Source of the DNA: Myxococcales bacterium | GTDB taxonomy: Bacteria; Myxococcota_A; Polyangia; Palsa-1104; JAEUJZ01 | DNA length: 64,000 nucleotides | Assembly (NCBI GenBank): GCA_016794465.1 | Contig: JAEUKA010000043.1 | Span: forward strand, 47,821 to 111,820 | Reading direction: 5' to 3' | Shown: piece after piece, positions 18,921-27,947 of the stretch | Numbering within the stretch: position 1 is the first letter of the stretch | How the letters are laid out: the number at the start of each line of letters is the position of its first letter | The notes under the pieces: generated by a model | Database searches by the model: none | What the model was told of the DNA's origin: nothing | The model's input: the letters and a program-made list of their open reading frames with translations, nothing else | Made by a program: the position numbers and the translations under genes

Positions 18921-21296
18921 ATGCGCACGCGCTTTACGCTCGGAAGTCCACGTCGCTCGGGTCGCTCTGCTGAGCGCCTGGCGTGGGTCATGTGGCTGGG
19001 TCTTGTCGGTTGCGGACACACGCAAAAGACGGTCGTACCGGCTGTCGCACCACCACCACCTGCCGTCGCCAAAGTGGAGATCCGACCGCAGCCGCCGATC
19101 GCGGTGGTCGGCACCATCCCGAGCAGCGAAGAGGAAGCCGAGCGGGTTCGTCAGCAGCTTGACACGCTCTCCGACGGAGATCCGGTCCGGCTGGGACGGC
19201 GCCAAGCGCTGATTCGCTACTACTGTGCGCAGGTCGAGCAGGCGCTGTCGCGCGGCCATGCCGAGGATGCGTTCCAGCTGTTCTCACGGGCGCTGACGCT
19301 GATAGACGCGGCTGAGCTGCAAGATCCCAGCCGACCACCGACGCAGCCGCAGCTACTCTCGGCGGCACGCCAGATTGATCAAGCGTTCTCTCGACGCGGC
19401 TCGCACCCCGAGGCGGTCACGGCGCTGATGGTGCAACAGACGCTGGCGCCACATGACCCGCTGCCGGTGGCGCGCTATCAGCAGATCGTCGACTGGCTGC
19501 AAGGGCCGGGGGACTCGGCGCAGAACACGCTGCGGGGACGTGGACGGTCGCTGGCGCAGCTGATCAGTGATCCGCCACCGACGCTGACCTCGGATCTGGA
19601 GCTGAGCTATCGGCTGTGGCCGGTGCCGCTTATCCGCAAGCAGCTCGTCGCGCACTATCACCGTGAGTCGGAAGGCAGTGAGGTGCTGAGTCCTCGGGAC
19701 TTCTTGCAGTCGCTTTCTCAGACGATGCGGCGACGAGGGCAGGCTGGGGCGACGGCATTCAAGCTGGCGCGGCTGTTTTTGCGCGTCTCGCAGCCCAAAG
19801 AAGCGGTGGCGGAGATCGATCGACTCAGCAAGCGGAGCAGTGAAGAGACGCGGCTCGGCGACCTGATTCGCGAGACGCTGGCAAGTCCGGCGGAGCCGCT
19901 GAGCGACGATCAGCTGGCGGCGGCGGTGAAGCTGGCGATCGGACTGGCTCAAAATCCCGACGACATTGACGTGAGCTTGCAGGTCTGTCGCGATGTCGCC
20001 AAGCGGGCACCGAACTTCGTCGGAGCGGCGGTGTGCATCGGCGAGCTGGCGGCGGTCCAAGATCGCAAGGGTCTTGCGGTCAAAGCGCTGGAGCGCGCCA
20101 AAGTGCTGTCACCGACGGATCGCACGGTGTGGGAAAAGCTGGGGCTGTTGTACGTCGAGCGGCTCTCGGATCTGGTCAGCGAGGAACGCACCACCGAGAT
20201 GGAGAGTGCGCTCGCCGAGATCGAGACGTACTACGGGAACATGAAGAAGCAGTTTCCCGAGACGACACCGGGGCTGAGCATGGCGCTGGCGCTGGCTGAA
20301 GCGGGCCGAGGCTCGTTCAATGCAGGCGCGATCACGGAAGCCGAGCGGTATCTCAAGCGCTCCGTCGAGATCCTGGCCAATGCACAGGCGCTGGAGCTTT
20401 TGGGAATGATTCACTTGCGTCGCGGAGAAGCGGCCCTGGCGGTGACCTCGCTGGAGCGGGCCCGGACGGTCCACATGGCAGCGGCGCAGCTCGATCCGCT
20501 GAGCAAAGAGTTCTTTTCCGCCCGCGTTGGCCGACTGATCGGGGAAGCCATGGATCTGGCCAAAGAGGGCTCGGGCAGCGAGGTTCGCAAGCAGAGTCTC
20601 CGTCGCTACGATCAGCTGCTGGTCAGCGGCAAGCTGCCCCCGGAGCGGCGGGCCGAGGCGGAGATCGAGCGCGGCAAGCTCTACTATCAGTCGGGCGATC
20701 GCGATCAGTCGCTGCTGTCGTTCCGGTTGGCCGCCGATCACCTACCCACCGCCGAAGAGAGCAACAAGGCAGCAGGACAGCTGTACGCCGACGCGATTGC
20801 GTTTCTGGTGCAGCGCGGCGAGCTGGATCTGGCGCTCGACATCTACCACCGAGGACTTCAGTCGCAGCATCTCGGTGAGCCGCTCAAGGTCTACTGCTCG
20901 CTGTGGCTCTTGGATCTGCAGACGCGGGCCGGCCAGGCGCAAGACCCGCTGGCGACCGGATTTTTGCAGTCGGTGCAAGGCGGCAAGTGGCACGCCGATC
21001 TGGCTCGATTTGCCAGTGGCAGGCTCTCTGAACCAGAGCTTTTGCAGCAGGCCGACACGCCCGGCAAGCAGGCCGAGGCGCGATTTTATTTGGCGCAGGC
21101 GGCACTTCGACGCGGCGATCGCAGCCGAGCCAGTGAGCTGTGGCGCAAGGTGGTGGCGAGCAGCATGCTCGGCTTCTTCGAGTTCGAGATGTCGTCGCTG
21201 TATCTGCGAAAAGGTGCGCCTACCCAGCCTCAGCTGCGCAGCAAAGCGCCGACGGGAGCCGCCACCCCGCCCGTTCGTCCTAACATACAGCGCTAA
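18921..21296 (+). CDS. TPR-repeat lipoprotein
   Basis: lipobox LGLVGCG; repeated helical TPR-like units through ~780 aa. Confidence 0.7.
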   Translation: MRTRFTLGSPRRSGRSAERLAWVMWLGLVGCGHTQKTVVPAVAPPPPAVAKVEIRPQPPIAVVGTIPSSEEEAERVRQQLDTLSDGDPVRLGRRQALIRYYCAQVEQALSRGHAEDAFQLFSRALTLIDAAELQDPSRPPTQPQLLSAARQIDQAFSRRGSHPEAVTALMVQQTLAPHDPLPVARYQQIVDWLQGPGDSAQNTLRGRGRSLAQLISDPPPTLTSDLELSYRLWPVPLIRKQLVAHYHRESEGSEVLSPRDFLQSLSQTMRRRGQAGATAFKLARLFLRVSQPKEAVAEIDRLSKRSSEETRLGDLIRETLASPAEPLSDDQLAAAVKLAIGLAQNPDDIDVSLQVCRDVAKRAPNFVGAAVCIGELAAVQDRKGLAVKALERAKVLSPTDRTVWEKLGLLYVERLSDLVSEERTTEMESALAEIETYYGNMKKQFPETTPGLSMALALAEAGRGSFNAGAITEAERYLKRSVEILANAQALELLGMIHLRRGEAALAVTSLERARTVHMAAAQLDPLSKEFFSARVGRLIGEAMDLAKEGSGSEVRKQSLRRYDQLLVSGKLPPERRAEAEIERGKLYYQSGDRDQSLLSFRLAADHLPTAEESNKAAGQLYADAIAFLVQRGELDLALDIYHRGLQSQHLGEPLKVYCSLWLLDLQTRAGQAQDPLATGFLQSVQGGKWHADLARFASGRLSEPELLQQADTPGKQAEARFYLAQAALRRGDRSRASELWRKVVASSMLGFFEFEMSSLYLRKGAPTQPQLRSKAPTGAATPPVRPNIQR

Positions 21297-21359
21297 TCAA
21301 GTAATTTTAATTACAAAAAATCTATTGAGTAATCATTCCTCCCCATCGAAGATGGGGTT

Positions 21360-23444
21360 ATGGGGAGCATCTGGGGCCGCTTGGCCCTTCTGGGGGGAGT
21401 GCTTTGTTCCACGCTGGCCCACGCCGACGAAGGCATGTGGCCGATTCACCACGTACCGCGCGCCGAGTGGCAGAAGCAGTACAACTTCGCGCCGAGCGAT
21501 GACTGGCTGCTCAATCAGCAGCGCGCAGCGGTGCGAGTGTCCGACGGTGGATCGGGTGTGCTGGTTTCAGACGATGGCCTGCTGCTGACCAACCACCACG
21601 TGGCGCGGGGACAGCTGCACAAGCTCTCGACAGCCAGCCGGGATCTGCTGCGCGAGGGCTTCTATGCACCGACCCAGCAAGACGAGCTGCGCTGTCCCGA
21701 CCTGGAGATCCGCATCCTGTGGACGTACCAAGATGTGACGGCCCGTGTCGTCGCTGCGATCGATGGGAAAGCGCCTCCGGAAAAGCAGACCGCACAGCGC
21801 AAACAGATCATCGCCGCCATCGAAAAGGAGTCCCATCAGCAGTCCGGACTCCGCTCCGATGTCGTCGCCCTCCACTCCGGCGGACAGTACATGCTGTACC
21901 GCTACAAGACCTATCAAGATGTGCGGCTGGTGTTTGCGCCGGAGGAGCAAGCAGCGACGTTTGGGGGGGACTTCGACAACTTTACCTACCCGCGTTATGC
22001 GCTCGATTTTGCGCTGCTGCGAGTCTATGAGGATGGTCATCCGATCCGGCCAGAGCACTTCCTGCGGATGTCGGACAAGGCGCCGGCAGCCAAAGATCTG
22101 GTGGTTGCGGTGGGACATCCAGCGTCGACGCAGCGGGGGTTGACGGTGGCGCAGCGGCAGTATCATCGCGATGTCCTCAATCCTTTGCAGCTAGGAATTC
22201 ATCAGAAACGGATCGCCGCGCTCAATGCCTACATGGCGCAAGGGAATGAGCAGGCTCGACGAGGAAGTACCCAGCTTCGCAGCCTGGAAAATACGCTCAA
22301 GCGACTCAGTGGACAGCAGGAGGGACTCCGCAACACCACGCAGCTCTTGCAGCTTCAAAAGGAAGAAGAAGCACTCCGGGCCGAGGTCCGCAAGCGTCCC
22401 GAGCTGCTGCAAAAGTTCGGTGATGCGTGGTTCAAGCTGCAGGCGCTGTACGCAAAGCTGGGGCCGATCTCCAAACGGAGTGCCTATGTAACGGTGGCAC
22501 CCTCGAAGCTGCTGACGATGGCGCTGCACCTTGTGCGCCATCCGGAAGAGCTGAAAAAGCCCAGCGGAGAGCGCCTGGAGGAGTTTCGGGAGTCGCGACT
22601 TCCGGCTCTACAGCGCGAGCTTCTGTCATCAGCCCCGGTCTATGCAGATCTGGAAGAAGCGATCCTGACGGACTGGTTTACCCAGATCAGTGCGGCGCTG
22701 GGAAGTGGCGATCCGTTTGTGCAGACTCTGCTGGGTGGACAGACTCCGCAGACCGTCGCTCACAAGCTGGCAACAGAGAGCCGTCTGACCGAGCAAGAGG
22801 AACGCAGAGCTCTGCTCGAAGGGGGTGCTGACAAGCTTGCGGCATCGACCGATCCGCTGATTGTGCTGGCCCGCAAGCTGGACTCCCAGCTGCGCAAAGT
22901 CCGCGAGGAATATGAACAGCAAGTCATCTCGGTGGAGCACATTGCGGGCGCCCAGATCGCGCAGGCTCGCTTCGCGGTGTATGGATCGGGAATCTATCCC
23001 GACGCGACCTATACGCTGCGACTGTCGGCAGGTGAGATCAAGGGATACATGAAGGACACCCGTCCGGTTCCGCACCAGACGCTGTTTTACGGACTCCTAG
23101 AGCGCGCGCTCAGCCAAGGGGAGCAGCCTCCGTTTGATCTTCCGCCGCGACTGCGCTTGGGACTGTATCGACTGCCGTTGTGGACGCCGCTCAACTTTGT
23201 CTACACCGCAGATACCATCGGGGGAAACTCGGGAAGTCCGGTCGTGGATCGCGATGGCAAGGTGGTCGGACTGAACTTTGATAGCAACATCGAGAAGCTC
23301 CCCAACCGCTACTACTACGTTCCCGATGCGGCTGGTGGACGCGCGGTGGCCGTGCACAGTGTCGCCATCTTGGCCGCGCTGCGAACCCTGTATGATGCGG
23401 CTCCGCTGGCAGACAAGCTCGTCGGAAATCACTCGCTGCAGTAG
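21360..23444 (+). CDS. S46 family serine peptidase (dipeptidyl-peptidase 7/11-like)
   Basis: signal peptide; catalytic His region (GVLVSDDGLLLTNHHV); catalytic Ser region (GGNSGSPVVDRDGKVVGLNFDSN); typical S46 length. Confidence 0.85.
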   Translation: MGSIWGRLALLGGVLCSTLAHADEGMWPIHHVPRAEWQKQYNFAPSDDWLLNQQRAAVRVSDGGSGVLVSDDGLLLTNHHVARGQLHKLSTASRDLLREGFYAPTQQDELRCPDLEIRILWTYQDVTARVVAAIDGKAPPEKQTAQRKQIIAAIEKESHQQSGLRSDVVALHSGGQYMLYRYKTYQDVRLVFAPEEQAATFGGDFDNFTYPRYALDFALLRVYEDGHPIRPEHFLRMSDKAPAAKDLVVAVGHPASTQRGLTVAQRQYHRDVLNPLQLGIHQKRIAALNAYMAQGNEQARRGSTQLRSLENTLKRLSGQQEGLRNTTQLLQLQKEEEALRAEVRKRPELLQKFGDAWFKLQALYAKLGPISKRSAYVTVAPSKLLTMALHLVRHPEELKKPSGERLEEFRESRLPALQRELLSSAPVYADLEEAILTDWFTQISAALGSGDPFVQTLLGGQTPQTVAHKLATESRLTEQEERRALLEGGADKLAASTDPLIVLARKLDSQLRKVREEYEQQVISVEHIAGAQIAQARFAVYGSGIYPDATYTLRLSAGEIKGYMKDTRPVPHQTLFYGLLERALSQGEQPPFDLPPRLRLGLYRLPLWTPLNFVYTADTIGGNSGSPVVDRDGKVVGLNFDSNIEKLPNRYYYVPDAAGGRAVAVHSVAILAALRTLYDAAPLADKLVGNHSLQ

Positions 23445-23507
23445 TCACCAACGTTCCTGCTGTTAGAATGTAGCGCAAACGGTTCGGGAGAACGAAGGAG
23501 TCGTTCC

Positions 23508-24386
23508 ATGCAAACCAGTCTGCGCGTTCGGACAACCTCTGCGGGTGCTGCAATGTCAGGTGCGATGATAGGCGCAGTGCTCTGCGTACATCTTCCGCCA
23601 GCCCAGGCCCAGCCCACGTCACCAGCGTCGCCCGCCGCGATAGGAAGCGAGTCTCCGGATCGGTTCACTTCGCACATCATGACTGCCCGCGCTCACATCG
23701 CGCAGCAGCGATATCGTGATGCGCTTGCGGAGTGGAATGCGGCCTATGAGATCCGCCAACATCCCGACCTGCTGCTGGAGCTTGCGCGCACGCAGCAGCG
23801 ACTTGGAATGACGCAGGAATCGGTGGCTTCCTATCGGCGCTTCCTGACCGCACATGAGTCCGCGTCCCCCGAGTCCAAGCACGAAGCGATGCAAGCCATT
23901 GCCCGCCTGTCTGCTCTGCTTCCGCCTCCACCCGTGCAGCTGGTGACCGAACGAAGTGATCCGCCCTATCGCGTGGTGACGCGGCCTCATCATCGCGGAA
24001 TGGTGGCCGCAGGATGGACGCTGCTTTCGCTTGGTTATGCCGTGGCGTTTGGAACCGGAATCGGGACAGGAATTGCCTGGAATACCAGCTCTCGCTACAC
24101 CCGATATCCCAGCTCCTCAACCGGCTGGACGCTGCTGATTCCCGTCGCTGGACCGCTCATCAGCAGCATCGTGGCACCGGTCACGGGCGGCAGTACCTAC
24201 GCTTATGTCTGGACGCTTCCGTGGCTGCTCGCGGACTTGCCGTTTCAGATCATCGGCACCGCCCTGCTGATCAAAGGCTACCGCACTCCACAGAAGGTCC
24301 TGGTTCCTAGCTGGCTGGCGAGCGTGCAGCTGCATCCTTACGCGAATCAGAGTGGCGGCGGAATCGGACTCAGTGGGGCGTTTTAG
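23508..24386 (+). CDS. membrane protein with an N-terminal TPR-like domain, Pro-rich linker and C-terminal TM helices (paralog of 60679..61521)
   Basis: AAGGAG RBS; shares AAYxIR..P.LLL..A......G.....V..Y.R with the protein encoded at 60679..61521. Confidence 0.6.
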   Translation: MQTSLRVRTTSAGAAMSGAMIGAVLCVHLPPAQAQPTSPASPAAIGSESPDRFTSHIMTARAHIAQQRYRDALAEWNAAYEIRQHPDLLLELARTQQRLGMTQESVASYRRFLTAHESASPESKHEAMQAIARLSALLPPPPVQLVTERSDPPYRVVTRPHHRGMVAAGWTLLSLGYAVAFGTGIGTGIAWNTSSRYTRYPSSSTGWTLLIPVAGPLISSIVAPVTGGSTYAYVWTLPWLLADLPFQIIGTALLIKGYRTPQKVLVPSWLASVQLHPYANQSGGGIGLSGAF

Positions 24387-24404
24387 ATTCCGATTCCTAG
24401 ATCG

Positions 24405-25535
24405 TTACGGACACCCAAACAGACCATCAATCAGTGACTGCGCTTGGCCGACATTCACTCCGGCCACCGTCGCTGCCTGCGTTGAAGTCTTGAGCTGATC
24501 CGCCTTGGCCGGATCGACCGCTCGCGCCGCGCGATCCATCAATAGGCCGATGATGTTGACAAAGCTCAGCGCCGCTTCCTGGGGCTCTCCGCTCAGCGTA
24601 GGAAGCTTGCCAATCCGATCGCGCAGAATCAGCGCCATGCCGCGCGTAAACGCCTTGTCCACCTGACTCGCCGCGCGCTGATAGAACAGGTTGCAGCCAC
24701 TCGGCAGCGTCTTGTCGAGATCCCGCCAGCAGCGCGCCGCCAACACCGCATCAAACGCGCGATCGTACGTCTCCTGATCGAGCTGCTGGAAGTACTGTCC
24801 CAGACCGATCGGCTTGCTGCGCTCAGTTCCGCTCAGATACGCCCACGCAGAGTCAACATCCGCCGCGTTGTCAAAGCTAGAAGTCCAGACCTCGGACAGC
24901 GAAGACAGATAGAAGAACCACAGCAGCGCAGCCTCGATCCGAGCCGACTGAACCTGCGGCTTGGTGCCGGCAATTCCTTTGGCAAACGCATCGTCAATGA
25001 TCGCTTTGAGCTTGGCTGGACCGGCGCAGCGATCCGGATTCTGGGCCGCGATCGTCAGATCGTTGCAAGCAAACTTGTTGGTGCCCGGAACCTCTGGATA
25101 GTGAATGTCTTGTCGGCGCGCCACACGAGATCCAATTCCGTTGGCCACCGCATACTCATCCCGCGCGGCTGTCATGTCTTGCGCGGAAGGAACCGCCGAG
25201 TTTTTCCACAGCTTGGTTCCCATCGACACAAACGCCACCGTTCGCGCCGATGCCCCCGGAGTCGAGGTTCCAAACAGCACAAAGGCATTGCCATCCGACA
25301 CGCAGGTCGGCCACGTATCGTTCTTGCTGCCGCTATAGCGCGGTGCGTAGTCATCGCTTGAGCACTTGCACGAAGACAGCGCTCCGGTAAACGGCTGACA
25401 CATCACAGAGGCTGGCTTGTCGGCCATACACTGCGAGGCCGGCATCAGGTCTTCCATCGTCGCTGGCGAGCTCTCACAGCCCATGACTCCCAGCATCATC
25501 CACAGCCCGCATCCAATAAGAGTCCTTTTAAACAT
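24405..25535 (-). CDS. hypothetical lipoprotein co-transcribed with the TonB-dependent receptor
   Basis: AAGGAG RBS 9 nt before the ATG at 25535; lipobox LGVMGC; no recognisable catalytic motif. Confidence 0.6.
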   Translation of the reverse strand: MFKRTLIGCGLWMMLGVMGCESSPATMEDLMPASQCMADKPASVMCQPFTGALSSCKCSSDDYAPRYSGSKNDTWPTCVSDGNAFVLFGTSTPGASARTVAFVSMGTKLWKNSAVPSAQDMTAARDEYAVANGIGSRVARRQDIHYPEVPGTNKFACNDLTIAAQNPDRCAGPAKLKAIIDDAFAKGIAGTKPQVQSARIEAALLWFFYLSSLSEVWTSSFDNAADVDSAWAYLSGTERSKPIGLGQYFQQLDQETYDRAFDAVLAARCWRDLDKTLPSGCNLFYQRAASQVDKAFTRGMALILRDRIGKLPTLSGEPQEAALSFVNIIGLLMDRAARAVDPAKADQLKTSTQAATVAGVNVGQAQSLIDGLFGCP

Positions 25536-25640
25536 TTCATATTCTCCTTGCTGCGTTTTCGACAGCATTCCCATCCCCCCAACGATCAACGATCGACGAT
25601 CGGTAATCGGCGATGAAAGATGGGCTCTGTTCCCCAGTTC

Positions 25641-27839
25641 CTAGTCGATCTTCATCGACAACATGAAGCCTCTGCCCGGTCCGTTGACACTCGATCCGTG
25701 ATAGCGGTACGCGACATTCCCGACATTTTCCAACACTCCGCCGAGCTGCACCCGATCTCCAATCCGAAAGCTGCTCCGCAGATCCACCACCGCAAAGCCC
25801 GGCGTTCCGTACTTGGGAATCCGTGCATCGGCGTAGTCGGCAATCGCCAAGCGATCCTGCATCGTCGCCCAGCGCAGTCCTGCCGACAGCTCGAAGCTCG
25901 CTCTCTGCCAGATCAGCTCGGCGGAGCCATGCAGCGGCGGAACGCGTGAGAGCGGCACTCGCTCCCCCAGAATCACTCCGGTCGTGCCATATCCCAGCGA
26001 GCCCACGCGCGGCCCCTCTCCCCAAGTATAGGCGAGCGTACTGCGGAGCAGGAGTCCCAGCGGAATCCGCAGCCGAACCGACGCTTCCAGACCGCGCAGC
26101 TCCGACAGACTGGGCGCATTCTGTAGCTGGAGCCGCGTCCACGATCCGACACACTGCGGAGTCGCCGGCGGACACTCTGCATCGGTCTTGGAAACCTTCA
26201 GGACGGCATCGTGCAGCAGCGTCTCAAACGCCCACAGCTGGGCTCCGATCACCGAGTGATCCAGGATCGCCCCCAGCTCGATGGTCGTCGCCCGCTCGGG
26301 ACGCAGGTCGGCATTCTCAAACTGAAAGCCCGGCCCAGTCTGCTGCCGCGCCGTCAGATCATTCAGGTTCGCGGCGCGAAAGGAGTGGTCGGCATTGAGC
26401 CGCAGCGACAACACTTTTTGCGGCTTCCACTCCACTCCGCCATGACCGGTCACCGGCAGCCAGCTCTGGTTCACCGCCCGACTCCCCGACAGACTCTCTG
26501 CTGGAGCCCGCGCCACTGCATAGGACAGCCGGACTCCGCCAAATACCGTCACCGAGGAGGGAAGCGACAAGGCTCCGTCCGCATACACTCCGCCAGAGCT
26601 GTAGGTAGAGCCTTCCAGATACTGGCCGCGACTCTGCTTGGCGGTCTGATTCAGGTCCGTAAACGTGCGGTACGCATCCGAGGAGATCCAGTCCGTGTAC
26701 TGATCGAGTCCGTAGTGCAGGCTCAGCGTCACGCGGCGATGGAGCAGAATCGGTCGAGTCCGCGCCGCCGCCACAAACCCCAGTGTCAGCACCTCATCGG
26801 TTCCGATTCTCTGCACCAGCACCGACGGATCATCCAGCCGCTGACGCTCGTGCTGCACCTGAACAGAGACACTCAAGCGCAGCGGCCACAGATAGTCCGA
26901 CAGCTTCCCTTCATACGTCAGATACGCCAAGTGCCGGAACTGCTGCTCATACGTCAGACACGTTCCCGCAGGCGCATAGGGAGGCGGACACTGATCGGTA
27001 CGCGGCACCTCAAACTGTAGATAGTGATAGGTCGCCGCCGTCAGCTTCTGATAGTCCCCCAGCCGGAGCACAAATCGTCCGTCCGCAGTCAGCTCGCGAA
27101 AGCCCGTTCCCAGCTGCGTCACTCCGTCCTTCGCATAAGCCGGCACCAGCGGATACCTCCCGAGCGGGGTGTTGGGATTGGGATTCTCGACCTGCCCACC
27201 ACTCTGCAACATTCCGACATCGCGATAGCCCACCCCACCGATGAAGCCGAGGCTGCCCCCCGCCACCGGACCCGCCACCTGGAGCTGCGCGCGCCCTCCC
27301 AGCTCGCTGTCCGCCGAGGTACTGCGCAAAAACAGCTCTGGCCGCACCAGCCACTGCCCTTCCGACCACAGCGGGTCGATCGGATAGGCCGCAATCACTC
27401 CGCCGAGCGCATCCGAGCCATAGCGCGTCGAGCCACCACCGCGCAGCACTTCGATGCTGCCGATGGTCCGCGAGTCGATCGTAAACGCATACTGATTGGG
27501 CCCCTGCCGATACGTCGAGTTGTTGATGCGAATGCCGTCGAAGAGCAGCAGCGTCTGCTGGCCGGTCATCCCGCGAACAAACGCCGAGCCCTGCCCGTGC
27601 GCCGACTGCTGCACAAACACCCCTGTCTCGTAGCGCAGCGCGTCCGGGGTCGAGCGGGGCTGGCGGCGCTCGAGGTCGGTGCGGCTGACCTGGGTGTGCG
27701 CTCGCTCGTCGGGAACTCCGTCTTCGCGGCCTGCCCGGACCACGGTCTGAAACGGATCGCCCTCGGCCAGCGCGCGCCCGTGGGCCAGCACCAGGAGCGT
27801 GGTCACGACACGAGCGCTTTTCCGACGGCGACTTGACAT
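25641..27839 (-). CDS. TonB-dependent outer-membrane receptor
   Basis: plug-domain motifs (SAFVRGMTGQQTLLLFDGIRINN); ~700-aa beta-barrel; signal peptide after MSSRRRKSAR. Confidence 0.9.
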   Translation of the reverse strand: MSSRRRKSARVVTTLLVLAHGRALAEGDPFQTVVRAGREDGVPDERAHTQVSRTDLERRQPRSTPDALRYETGVFVQQSAHGQGSAFVRGMTGQQTLLLFDGIRINNSTYRQGPNQYAFTIDSRTIGSIEVLRGGGSTRYGSDALGGVIAAYPIDPLWSEGQWLVRPELFLRSTSADSELGGRAQLQVAGPVAGGSLGFIGGVGYRDVGMLQSGGQVENPNPNTPLGRYPLVPAYAKDGVTQLGTGFRELTADGRFVLRLGDYQKLTAATYHYLQFEVPRTDQCPPPYAPAGTCLTYEQQFRHLAYLTYEGKLSDYLWPLRLSVSVQVQHERQRLDDPSVLVQRIGTDEVLTLGFVAAARTRPILLHRRVTLSLHYGLDQYTDWISSDAYRTFTDLNQTAKQSRGQYLEGSTYSSGGVYADGALSLPSSVTVFGGVRLSYAVARAPAESLSGSRAVNQSWLPVTGHGGVEWKPQKVLSLRLNADHSFRAANLNDLTARQQTGPGFQFENADLRPERATTIELGAILDHSVIGAQLWAFETLLHDAVLKVSKTDAECPPATPQCVGSWTRLQLQNAPSLSELRGLEASVRLRIPLGLLLRSTLAYTWGEGPRVGSLGYGTTGVILGERVPLSRVPPLHGSAELIWQRASFELSAGLRWATMQDRLAIADYADARIPKYGTPGFAVVDLRSSFRIGDRVQLGGVLENVGNVAYRYHGSSVNGPGRGFMLSMKID

Positions 27840-27947
27840 GAATCGGCACATTCTTGCAGAGCTTGCAATAAGTGCCCATCGGGTGATTACCCGATCGCGT
27901 TAGGAGCGCTTCGCCCGGCTTGATGTCCAGGGACCTCTAAACACCGG

